Source of the DNA: a virus
Reading direction: 5' to 3' (one strand)
IMG/VR virus record: IMGVR_UViG_3300021478_000015
Span: 64,001 to 128,000 of that record
Length of the DNA: 64,000 bases
The notes below the pieces were generated by a model. It worked only from the letters and a program-made list of their open reading frames with translations, was not told the DNA's origin and searched no databases. Positions 27,760 to 37,000 of the stretch are shown here, piece by piece; position 1 is the stretch's first letter, and the number at the start of each line of letters is the position of its first letter. Position numbers and translations under genes: made by a program.

Positions 27760-27944
27760 GCGTGTTGCGACCGACTGCCTCCGAGCGCAAGCACCGAGCC
27801 TTCATCCCCCGAGGTGGTGACCGATCGACGTGGACCAGCCTGGACTACGCCTATGAGATCACCGATGCCACCGACACTGGGCACCTGGGCTGGGCCGAGT
27901 TGCTCATGATGGAGTTCCGCCGCAAGTTCCTGGCCAAGCCATGA
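27756..27944 (+). CDS. Hypothetical protein
   Basis: ATGA-coupled. Confidence 0.5.
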   Translation: MSVLRPTASERKHRAFIPRGGDRSTWTSLDYAYEITDATDTGHLGWAELLMMEFRRKFLAKP

Positions 27945-28165
27945 GCGACGAGGACCAGGACCTGCTGCGCTACGGCCCCTGCGAGCACTGTGGCGGCCCG
28001 AGGACGGTCAAGGTCACCGAGCACCCAGACGGCATCAGTCTGGTCTACGAGCTTGGATGCCCGACTTGCGACCAAGAGGGCCAGGAGCGCCGTAAGGCCA
28101 GCGACCTCGAACCCTGGGAACGCTACGCCGGGGAGCGCTTCGGGCTACCGGATCCCTGGGCATGA
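27941..28165 (+). CDS. Small Zn-ribbon protein
   Basis: CEHC...CPTC. Confidence 0.55.
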   Translation: MSDEDQDLLRYGPCEHCGGPRTVKVTEHPDGISLVYELGCPTCDQEGQERRKASDLEPWERYAGERFGLPDPWA

Positions 28166-28320
28166 TCCACGTCGAGGGGAAGGTGGTCATCCGCTACGAG
28201 GTGTGGTGTGACCAGTGCAGTTGGACCGGTGAGTATGCTGATTCGAGAGAAGCTCATGATCGTGGCAACGACCATGAGAAGCATCATCGACAGGCCCGTG
28301 CTGCCCGAGGTGAGAAGTGA
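28162..28320 (+). CDS. 52-aa C2H2-like microprotein (not in ORF track)
   Basis: CDQCSW...DHEKHH; overlap-coupled. Confidence 0.5.
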   Translation: MIHVEGKVVIRYEVWCDQCSWTGEYADSREAHDRGNDHEKHHRQARAARGEK

Positions 28321-28697
28321 TTTTGGCTCCGCATCACATCTTCGGTCCGGCCAGGGAGGGCCACATCACCTGCCTGGCCTGCCATCACACCTACACCGTG
28401 GAGACGGCCTGGCAGGCCCTGGTCGATCCCTGCATCGACGGTGTACCCACCGGCATCACCGAGATCGAGGCCCTGGAGCGTTACCGGGCGGCGCTCAACG
28501 ACACGCAAGGGAGTGTTGTGAGCAAGGACGAGCTACGGGAGCAGATGGCCATGCTGGTGGCCGGGCGTATGGCCCTGCACTGGCCCCTGCAGTGCCCCAT
28601 GTGCCCCGATCGATCGGCCATGGCCATCGACATCGTGGACTCTCTGCTGGCCAGCCGCGACCTGATCATCACCGGCATCGAGAGCCCTCATGACTGA
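28317..28697 (+). CDS. Zn-binding hypothetical protein
   Basis: CLAC...CPMC; GTGA overlap. Confidence 0.55.
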   Translation: MILAPHHIFGPAREGHITCLACHHTYTVETAWQALVDPCIDGVPTGITEIEALERYRAALNDTQGSVVSKDELREQMAMLVAGRMALHWPLQCPMCPDRSAMAIDIVDSLLASRDLIITGIESPHD

Positions 28698-28834
28698 CGC
28701 CGATCCAGTCGAACTACCCGACGCCAGGATCAAGTTCTGGGACTGCCCGGAGGATCACCCCAGAGAGCCCCAGAGGGTCCGTATCGTCTGGGACGGGGAT
28801 CTGGCCACCTGCCTGGACTGCGGGCGCACCAACC

Positions 28835-29023
28835 GTGACTGAGGACTCCTGGGCCAAGTGGCTGGCCCACATCGCCACCTGTGACGCCGCCCACTGCCAG
28901 AACGCCAACGCCCTGCGGCTGGTGCTGGTGGGAGCCGGGCTCGACCCCCGCACCTTCAAGATCGAATCCAAGACGGACGGCACTCATGTGATCAAGACCT
29001 GGGCGGACAGCCATGACCTCTGA
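28835..29023 (+). CDS. Hypothetical protein
   Basis: HIATCDAAHC motif. Confidence 0.45.
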   Translation: MTEDSWAKWLAHIATCDAAHCQNANALRLVLVGAGLDPRTFKIESKTDGTHVIKTWADSHDL

Positions 29024-29207
29024 GCAGATCGTTGACGCCATCATCTCCGACCTGGCCGGTCGCAGTGCGATCGGCAAGGCCTGGGAGCAGATCGATGCTG
29101 ACATCCAGGCTGAGATCCGCGCTATCTGGCTCGGTTATATCGAGGACAAGAGCGAGGTCTTCTTTGGCTCGCAGGGAGATGACCCCCATGGCATCGACCC
29201 GCCATGA
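29013..29207 (+). CDS. Hypothetical protein
   Basis: IVD.II.DL..R..IG.AW.QID.DIQ.EI...W motif. Confidence 0.55.
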   Translation: MTSEQIVDAIISDLAGRSAIGKAWEQIDADIQAEIRAIWLGYIEDKSEVFFGSQGDDPHGIDPP

Positions 29208-29608
29208 GTAGCGCCCCCTGCTCGACCTGCCCTTGGCGCAAGTCCTCGACCCTGGGTGGCTACGACATACCGGGCTTCGGCCTGGATCTCATGAGAGGCC
29301 TCTCCTGCACCGTCTCCGCCCGTGGGATCCGCACCGATGAGTTCCGGCCCACTATGGCCTGCCACGGCTCCTCAGAGGACCACAACCAGATCTGCCGGGG
29401 CTACGCCTATGTCGAGGGCTGGTCCAACCTCAGCTTCCGGCTGATGGCCATGCGGGGAGAGATCGTCCTGGACGAGCTTGACCGGGCCTGCGGGGGGCTC
29501 GACCTGTGGGACAACTTCTGGGAGATGCTAGACGCCTACGAGGAAGTGAGGAGGAATGATAACTCCACAGGATTTTCATCTTCAAGATCTGTTGGTCCTG
29601 TCTGTTGA
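29204..29608 (+). CDS. DUF6283-like Cys-rich protein
   Basis: PCSTCPWRK...MACH......ICRGY. Confidence 0.55.
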   Translation: MSSAPCSTCPWRKSSTLGGYDIPGFGLDLMRGLSCTVSARGIRTDEFRPTMACHGSSEDHNQICRGYAYVEGWSNLSFRLMAMRGEIVLDELDRACGGLDLWDNFWEMLDAYEEVRRNDNSTGFSSSRSVGPVC

Positions 29609-29882
29609 TGATTTTGGTGATTTAGCCATCCATCACCTGGATGCACTTAGAGAGCTTTTCCCATTAGATGTAGATGTGGCAGAGCCTCAGGAGTTCATAA
29701 TAAAGGCGGAGGACTTTGACATTGATAAGATTGATATCATCTTTCTAAAGTCTTTTCGTGAGTACATGCAATCTGGTTCTGATCCACAGGCCAAAGCCAT
29801 TATTGAGCACCTTCTCAAGTGTGTAGCTAATGTTCACGAAACAAGTTCGGGTGGTAGTTTTGATTACAGGCTCAATGACTGA
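29556..29882 (+). CDS. Hypothetical protein (AT-richer)
   Basis: GAGG SD-like site; visibly lower GC than neighbours. Confidence 0.45.
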   Translation: MITPQDFHLQDLLVLSVDDFGDLAIHHLDALRELFPLDVDVAEPQEFIIKAEDFDIDKIDIIFLKSFREYMQSGSDPQAKAIIEHLLKCVANVHETSSGGSFDYRLND

Positions 29883-30051
29883 CGCCACCATCATCGAGCG
29901 CATCAAGGAACTGGGCATTGATGCCACCCGGCTGAAGGCTTGTATGGACTCAAAGGATCATTGGGGCGACATGATCCACGCCTTCGAATACCTCACGGTA
30001 TGTGGGGTGGTTTGTGATGCCATGCTGGCTGCCGAAGCAGAAAGGAAGTGA
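29875..30051 (+). CDS. Hypothetical protein
   Basis: Overlap-coupled. Confidence 0.45.
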   Translation: MTDATIIERIKELGIDATRLKACMDSKDHWGDMIHAFEYLTVCGVVCDAMLAAEAERK

Positions 30052-30058
30052 ACAGGAC

Positions 30059-30235
30059 ATGAATCTGATCATCGATCATCAATGGAAGGTCATTGGTAAG
30101 CCATGGCTACATCGTAAGGAGAGGAATGGAGTCATCCATTATTCGGCTCTTGATCTCTTTACTGGACGTAGGACCAGGCGTATTCAAAGGCCAGGGTACG
30201 AGAACTATGATCGGCTCCTGGAGTTGATGGGATGA
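30059..30235 (+). CDS. Hypothetical protein
   Basis: AGGA SD site; coupled to the next gene. Confidence 0.4.
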   Translation: MNLIIDHQWKVIGKPWLHRKERNGVIHYSALDLFTGRRTRRIQRPGYENYDRLLELMG

Positions 30236-30492
30236 CCTATCAGACGCATCCGGCTGAACGCCGGGATGACAGCGGCAACATCATCCCCATGGATCACCGC
30301 TATCTCCACCTGGCGGAGGCCCGTGGCAAGGCCCATCGTCTCAGCCCTGAGCAGCTAGCCGTGGAGCTTGACACGATGGGCGATGCCATCGAGGCCAACG
30401 TCATCCTGACCCGCAAGTGGCACCAGGCCATAGTCGAGGAAGCCGCCCAGCGCCTGCGGGGCGTGGACGGCTCCCTCAAAGGTCAGGCTTAG
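30232..30492 (+). CDS. Hypothetical protein
   Basis: ATGA-coupled. Confidence 0.5.
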   Translation: MTYQTHPAERRDDSGNIIPMDHRYLHLAEARGKAHRLSPEQLAVELDTMGDAIEANVILTRKWHQAIVEEAAQRLRGVDGSLKGQA

Positions 30493-30803
30493 GGAGCGGG
30501 TGGCGTCTCTGGGGTGGTCAGCCCCTGGACGCTGTCGGTGGCGTTGGTGAGATCAGCGATGGCCTGATCGAGTTCACTCCAGTCCATGTCGGGGTTTTGG
30601 GCCTTGGCCGCGTCCATGGCGGTCTTGACGGCCGCGACGGCTGTGTTCAGGTCCACGATCTCGGCCTGGATCGCGGACACTCGCCTATCGAGGTTCTCCT
30701 GGTTGGACATGAGCCTTGCCACCTGCCTTTCTAGTAAGCGAACTCTCTCCCATATATTCCACCGCTCCCACCGTGTCCACATCCACGCCCACACCGTGGT
30801 CAC
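30489..30803 (-). CDS. Small coiled-coil protein (start uncertain)
   Basis: Heptad-like LDRRVSAIQAEIVDLNTAV; GC3 bias on the minus strand. Confidence 0.5.
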   Translation of the reverse strand: MTTVWAWMWTRWERWNIWERVRLLERQVARLMSNQENLDRRVSAIQAEIVDLNTAVAAVKTAMDAAKAQNPDMDWSELDQAIADLTNATDSVQGLTTPETPPAP

Positions 30804-30934
30804 CTTAGGCGCGGCGGCGAGAAGTTCCCGGCTTCCAGCCTCGGGCGGAGAGATTGAGGACTAGATGGGTGCCGGGTTGCCCCTCGCCGCCAAATCAATC
30901 TTGACACTCCGGACACCAAGCCTCCTTCCTCCGT

Positions 30935-31168
30935 ATGGGAGGAGATGTGAAGGCCAAGTTGGTAACCCGCGCCGAGCTAGCCGCCCTGGTGGGGCCAGGC
31001 CATGCCACCGGGGTGGTCCGCAACGGTTGCTCGCCGGAGGACTGGCGAGTGTGGACCAAGCACGTCGAAGAGCAGGGTCAGCCCACCCAGCCGAACCGGG
31101 CCGGGCGGCGGGCGACCAAGCGCCTCAAGCAGAAGGCCTTGACCAAGAAGCGCATTAGGAGCGCTTGA
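30935..31168 (+). CDS. Small basic protein
   Basis: PNRAGRR motif; probable GTG start at 30947 after GGAGG. Confidence 0.4.
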   Translation: MGGDVKAKLVTRAELAALVGPGHATGVVRNGCSPEDWRVWTKHVEEQGQPTQPNRAGRRATKRLKQKALTKKRIRSA

Positions 31169-32261
31169 ACCGGCGGGTCAGCAGCACGATCACCCCACCG
31201 GCCATGACCAGCAGCAGGCCCGAGCCCAGGCCCAGGCGGGTGTTGGAGCCGGTGAACGGCAGGGTGCCAGAAGCTGACGCCGGGGTGACCAGAGCGGGAA
31301 CAGCGGTCTCCGGGGTGATGGTCTGGACCGCAGGGGTGCCGGGGCCGCCAGGAGTGGTCTGACCCGGCGGGAGCGTGGTGCCCGAAGGGGCAACGGTGGT
31401 GCCCGTGGGGGCAATCGTGGTCGTTGCACTGGGCAGCGTTGTGCCGGTTGGTGCAGTGGTGGTGGCTCCCGGAGCCGTGGTGGTGGTCACCGCGAACTGG
31501 GTGGTGAAGTTGATCACGCACAGGGCGTCCTCACCCTGATCCAGAGTGGTGGAGGCCGGGGTGAAAGAAGCGCTGCCGACACAGGACCAGCCCGAGTTGG
31601 TGTACCCCTCCGACTGGGCCAGAGGAGACAAGGTGTCGAAGAGCCCATAGGTGCCGGGTGGCACCACCGCGAAGGTCACACCAGGGCTATCGGTGATGCC
31701 CGAGAGGCTGACCGGCCCAGAGGCATCCAGAGTGAAGTCAGCCAGGGTGGCCGTACCGCCGTTCACCGTCGCCGCCAGGGTCAGGATGGTCAGGTTGGGC
31801 TGCTCGGTGGTGGTCGTTTCACCAGGCTGCGTGGTAGTGGTCTCGGCCGGTTGGGTGGTGGTCGTTTGCTCCGGCTGAGTAGTGGTGGTCTCCATGGGTT
31901 GCGTAGTGGTGGTCTGTTCCGGCTGAGTAGTAGTGGTTTGCTCTGGTTGGGTGGTGGTCGTTTCGTGTGGCTGAGTGGTGGTGGTCATCTCAGGCTTGGT
32001 GGTGGTGGTCTGGTGCGGCTGCGTGGTGGTCGTTTCCTGCGGTTTGGTCGTTGTCGTTTGATGCGGGTAGGTGGTGGTCGTTTCGTGTGGTGGCTTGGTG
32101 GTGGTGGTCGGATACGTCACCTTGGTGGTGGTGGTGCCGCAGTTGTAGCCACACCCGCCTGGAGGGGCTTGTCCGGCCGAGGCCGTGCTCGGCTGGAACA
32201 ACAGGACCACTCCGAGGAGCCCAGCCAGCACGGTGACGACCTGGACAGCGTATTTCCTCAT
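31155..32261 (-). CDS. Sortase-anchored (LPFTG) Thr-rich surface protein with prealbumin/Ig-like domain
   Basis: Signal peptide; TTTT(Q/K)P repeats; LPFTG + TM + RRFKRS tail. Confidence 0.8.
   Translation of the reverse strand: MRKYAVQVVTVLAGLLGVVLLFQPSTASAGQAPPGGCGYNCGTTTTKVTYPTTTTKPPHETTTTYPHQTTTTKPQETTTTQPHQTTTTKPEMTTTTQPHETTTTQPEQTTTTQPEQTTTTQPMETTTTQPEQTTTTQPAETTTTQPGETTTTEQPNLTILTLAATVNGGTATLADFTLDASGPVSLSGITDSPGVTFAVVPPGTYGLFDTLSPLAQSEGYTNSGWSCVGSASFTPASTTLDQGEDALCVINFTTQFAVTTTTAPGATTTAPTGTTLPSATTTIAPTGTTVAPSGTTLPPGQTTPGGPGTPAVQTITPETAVPALVTPASASGTLPFTGSNTRLGLGSGLLLVMAGGVIVLLTRRFKRS
31800..32140 (-). repeat. 24-bp-period coding tandem repeat (TTTTQPEx)
   Basis: About 13 degenerate copies encoding a Thr-rich mucin-like stalk. 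Confidence 0.7.
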
Positions 32262-32532
32262 GGTGTTCCTTTCAGCCTCGATGCCCTTATTGAGGCGCTG
32301 TTATCTTGGCTCTGGTGCTGGACATTAGCAATGGTCAATAATCCCGAGAGACTGCCGGACTTCGAGGCTGGTCCCTGCCCAGCCTTAGAACGCTGCGTCG
32401 ATCCTGAGACCTGCGTCGAGCCTCTACGCTGCATGATAGATCGGGCCACGGCGGCCATCGGCAACCCCCGCTTCATGATGATCGACACCAAGTTCTACTA
32501 TGTTTATCCCGTTCAGGAGAAATAGAAACAGG

Positions 32533-32727
32533 ATGACCCGTTGGATCATCGAAGTCTCCCATGATGGGGCCATCGATATCATGCGGAATGGCAAGGCCTT
32601 CGCTTATGACCTCGATGACTACGACGAGGCCTTTGCTCGTATCAAGAAGGACAAGCGCTATCAGAAGGGGGATAGAGTGGAGATGGTTGATCCGGATGGA
32701 TACCGGCGTAAGATCACGTCCCTGTGA
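32533..32727 (+). CDS. Hypothetical protein
   Basis: Ends with a GTGA overlap into the next gene. Confidence 0.5.
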   Translation: MTRWIIEVSHDGAIDIMRNGKAFAYDLDDYDEAFARIKKDKRYQKGDRVEMVDPDGYRRKITSL

Positions 32728-33572
32728 AGTGGGCCTCGATAAAGCGTCCGATCATTGCCGCCGGGATTGTCGGATGCTTGATCGGCATCACCTTGCTGAG
32801 CCTGGACGTGACCAAGTCCACAGCCGCTCCCCAGTCGCACGCTGACCCGCTGCTGACCCTGGCCAAGGAGGTCATCAACCTGGAGGGTGGCACCGCCGTG
32901 GCCGCCGACTTCACCTTGATGGCCATCGGCCCGGTCACCGTCTCCGGCCCGGCCAACACCGCCGCGGTCCGTAATCAGCCGGTGCCGATCGGGACCTACC
33001 AGCTACGGGAGTCCGGCCCGGCCAACTACGTCCCCTCGATCTGGGAGTGCCTGGGCAGCTTCGTGTCGTCCACCAGCAACTCGGTGACCCTGGCCGAGGG
33101 CGACAACGCCACCTGCCTGATCACCAACACCTTCCGTCCTCCCACCACCACCACGACCACCACCACCGTGCCGGGCACCACCACCACCACGGTGCCGGGG
33201 GCGACGACGACCACCACACCGGGTGAGACGACCACCACGGTGCCTCGGTCCACCACTACCGCTGTCCCGGCCACCACCGTGCCTGAGACTACGGTGCCGG
33301 GCGCGCCCACCACTACGCTGCCACCCGAGTTCACCGTGCCGACCGTGCCGGGTCAGACCACCACCACCGTGGCCGTCCCTCCTTTGCTGCCTCCTGCACC
33401 GGGGCCAGGCGCGCCTGCGGCCGCCGGGATCCCCCCGGCTACCCTTCCCCTGGCCTCCACCGGCAGCGATACTGGCCAGTACGCCGGGATCGGGGTCCTG
33501 GCCCTGTTGGCCGGACTGGGCTTGGTGGTCCTCGCCCGCGGCAGGAAGAAGAAGGTGGATGACCACGGCTGA
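32724..33572 (+). CDS. Sortase-anchored (LASTG) Thr-rich surface protein, paralog of 31155..32261
   Basis: Signal/TM; shared GGTA..ADFTL...GP....G...VP.GTY.L...W.C.GS...L..G..A.C...T domain; LASTG + TM + RGRKKK. Confidence 0.75.
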   Translation: MKWASIKRPIIAAGIVGCLIGITLLSLDVTKSTAAPQSHADPLLTLAKEVINLEGGTAVAADFTLMAIGPVTVSGPANTAAVRNQPVPIGTYQLRESGPANYVPSIWECLGSFVSSTSNSVTLAEGDNATCLITNTFRPPTTTTTTTTVPGTTTTTVPGATTTTTPGETTTTVPRSTTTAVPATTVPETTVPGAPTTTLPPEFTVPTVPGQTTTTVAVPPLLPPAPGPGAPAAAGIPPATLPLASTGSDTGQYAGIGVLALLAGLGLVVLARGRKKKVDDHG

Positions 33573-33768
33573 GATCCCAGACGGCTTCGAGGAGTGGCTG
33601 CACACCGGCATCGAAGCGGGTTACTGCTCCGAGGTGGTGTGCAACACCCATGATGGGCTGCCTTCGTCCGCAGCCGAGGACGCCGAGTGGGAGGCCGGGG
33701 GTGATCCCTGCGTCCCGGCGGTACGGCTGTTCTGGTCCATGGAGACGGGTCAGCGCACCGATGGCTGA
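33559..33768 (+). CDS. Small Cys/His phage protein
   Basis: FEEWL..GI..GYCS..VC.THDGLP...E...GGDPC...VRL motif. Confidence 0.6.
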   Translation: MTTAEIPDGFEEWLHTGIEAGYCSEVVCNTHDGLPSSAAEDAEWEAGGDPCVPAVRLFWSMETGQRTDG

Positions 33769-33994
33769 CCGGCCCGGCGAGGACGAGCTATTGCAGAAGG
33801 TGGTGAAGGAGGCCGCCTTGAGGTCCGACACCGACCCCCAGGTCCATGCCGAGATCGAGATGGTCCACCAGATGATGGTCAAGATGGTGAACGAGTTCGG
33901 GTGGATCGATGACGACGGCCACCCCCTGATCTACACCGCCGCCGCCCTGGCCATCACCCTGCACGATCCTATGGATGGCCACCCCTTCTTCTGA
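33761..33994 (+). CDS. Hypothetical protein
   Basis: Overlap-coupled; ends immediately before a late promoter motif. Confidence 0.5.
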   Translation: MADRPGEDELLQKVVKEAALRSDTDPQVHAEIEMVHQMMVKMVNEFGWIDDDGHPLIYTAAALAITLHDPMDGHPFF

Positions 33995-34030
33995 CCTGTC
34001 CCTGGTCGAGCCAGACCCCCGAAGGTGTGA
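33995..34030 (+). promoter_or_regulatory. Putative late promoter motif, copy 2
   Basis: CCTGTC-N11-CAG-N5-CGAAG-GTGTGA directly before ATG 34031. Confidence 0.7.
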
Positions 34031-37000
34031 ATGAAGCACTACGCCGCCCTGGAGATCATCAGCGCTGAGTACGGCGATCAGCACTCCCTCCGTCACCTGG
34101 CCCATCGGGCGGACTTCACCTACGCGCCACGTCCCGGCTACCTGTACGTCCGCTCCAGGGCCATCAGTTCACGCACGAATGACAACTTCGATGACTTCCC
34201 GGCCGAGGAGATAGAGAAGGGCTACCGGTCGTTCATCGGGAAGCCAGTGTTCGTTAACCATGTCAACGAGGATCACAAGCGTGCTCGGGGTGTGGTCATC
34301 GATGCCGCCCTGCATCATGATGTGAATCCCAATGGTTCGCCGGATACATGGTGTGAAGTATTGATGGAAGTAGACGCACTACGCTTTCCGAAGTTGGCTC
34401 AAGCGATCGTCCAAGGTCATATCGATCGTACTTCCATGGGTGTTGACGTGGAGTACTCGATCTGTAGTGCCTGTGGTAATAAGGCCACGAACCCGGCGGA
34501 GTATTGTCGTCATATTCCGCAGATGAAGGGCTCGAAGATCGTCCGGCGGAATGCCGCCACCAACCGGCCAGAAGAGACTCTCATCTTTGAGACCTGCTAT
34601 GGGCTGAGCTTCTTCGAGAACTCGTTACTGGTCGAGGATCCCGCCGATCCCACGGCCTACTTCCTGGGCGTGGACGATCGTGGCCTCAGGATGGCCCAGA
34701 AGACCGCACATAGGAAGCTATGTCGGCAATGTCTCACTTCGTCATCATGTGCCGCGTACGGATGTGGGCGTAGCTCAGAGGGCCTGGGAGCTTTCGTGGC
34801 CAGCACACCGGGCAACTTCGACAAGATCCCTCAGCACCACTGGGATTACCTGTCCGATCTGGTGGACCGAGTGGGCCAGCGCGAGAAGACCCCCAAGGTG
34901 TGCTGGCAGGTGTTCTCGGCCATCGATCACAAGCTGGGCTACCCCCAGGAGTCCGGCTACTACCGGGGTGAGGGCCACTACTGGAATCGCCTGCCGGACG
35001 GCTCCATCCTCGATGCCAGCCATGATCAGTTCGAGGAGGACGACGACCCGGTGCGGATCTTCGCCCCTGGTGATCCCGAGCACGGCCATTTTAAGACGGC
35101 TGTGCGCCACCAGGAGGGCCTGGGAGCCTTCGTGGCGGCCCATGACCTGGACGAGGCTGTGACCTCCTTCAAGCCCTATGCCGAAGAGCAAGGTTGGCAT
35201 GATCCGACTTGCGTAGGTGGGCAATGCGACGTGGCCTCGACGGAGTTCGCCCAGCACCTCCATGAGCACGGCATCCCCCATGAGGTGGTGACCCACTATC
35301 CCGAGCCGGGTGGCCCCATGAGCCACAGCGTGGTCGAGGTCGGGGACCACACAGTGGACTGGACGGCTCGCCAGTTTGACCCCAAGGCGGACTTTCCTCA
35401 CATCGAGCCCCATCACGTCACCCGCAGTCGCTGGCACCGCACCGAGCCCTACTACGGTGAGATCGAGTATGGCAAGGATTACCGAGAGGCGTCCTTAGCG
35501 GGTGATAAGTCCTGGATCAAAGAGGAGCATGACTACGAGGGTCGTCATGGGGAGCGCCGTCACATCACCCGCACCATGACGGGAGCATTGCCCACCCATC
35601 TGGTCCAGCACTTGATGGGTGTCAAGGGCGAGATACCCGGTGAGCATCGTAATAAGCAAGGTCAGCAATGGGAGGACTTCAAGTCCGACATCGCTCAGAA
35701 CGGCATCAAGAACCCCATCTTTATCACCCAGGATCCGGGGGAGCGACCCAAGATCTCCGAGGGCAATCACCGCCGGGACGCGGCGGTGGAGCTTGGCCAT
35801 CCCTACGTGCCGGTGGAGATGCGCTACTTCGGTCACGCCGAGCAGGATCCCGACAACCTGGAGGACAAGGCCCAGGCCCACTTCGATCGGGAGAACCAGA
35901 TCCGCAGCTTGGGTACTCGCAGGCTCGCCCGTTACGAGCCCGAGCCCGACGCTCCCGAGGAGGGTGAGTACGAGAAGGAGCCCGATCCTTCGGGTTTCTT
36001 CCCCAACGGCATCGCCACCCGTTGGCGACAAGCGCATAAGCCGCTGGTGGCGGACGCCTTGCACGCCTGGAAGGGCGACCCCGTCAACGCTCTGACTCAC
36101 TGGCACCACGAACTCAACGACGATCCCCAGCCTGACTCGGGCTCGGGCAAGCAGATGCGAGCCCAGTCCGGGGCTCTGCGCTGGGAACTTCAAAATAACT
36201 CCAAGACGTTCGGACGCAAGCTCTATCGAGGAGTGCCCACCGCCCAGGACCGCCTGCCCAAGGTGGGCGACATCATCGACCATGACGACCGGCCGCGGGG
36301 CTACTCTTCCAACCGGGCCACGGCTTGGGCCTTCGCCCGCAAGTCGGGCTCCGACCACCTGCGCCGTCCCCTGGTCCCGGTCACCTACCAGACCGCGCCG
36401 GGCACCCAAGGCCTGCGGATCAAGGACTACGGCACCGGCAGCGGTCTTGATCAGTCCGAGCAGGAGTACGTCCTCCATGGCCAGCATCAGGTCACCCACG
36501 TCGAGTCCACCGACAAGGGCCTCCATGTGCGGACCCGACCGTTACAGAGCTACACGGCCGGGCTCAGAGGCTTTGTGGCCGCACGGGGCGATGACCCTGG
36601 CCTGGATGAGGCCCTGGACCAGTTGGGAGAGATCCTCTCCCGCCCTTCCCATGCTCCTCCCCCGAAGATCCTGCCCGAGGCCCATGAGATGTACGGCGGC
36701 TACATCCATGAGCACCCTTCCGGTCACCTGCACGTCTCTGAGGCCCCTGGAGCGCTGTCTAAGCCCCTGGAGAAGCTCTACCGCATCGTTCACCCTAAGG
36801 AGTGGGAGGAGGCCCAGCAGAAGGGCTACCTGCAGTCCAACACGGCCTTCTCGCCGGGTTACACCAGGGCCTCGGCCCAGCCGGACGAACGCTGGCGGCG
36901 GCAATCGGCTGATCCCTCCGAGATTGCCCCCAAGGGCCACACCATAGAGATCGACTACCACCCCGATGACAACTGGCATGCCTCGGCCGAGGGCTACGCC

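Noticed and set aside
31800-33370. CRISPR-like repeat arrays
   Set aside because: The repeats are degenerate in-frame Thr codon tracts within surface-protein genes, with no unique spacers.
10156-33994. Separate integrated element or prophage within the phage
   Set aside because: No integrase, transposase or flanking direct repeats were seen; gene style is typical of phage early regions.
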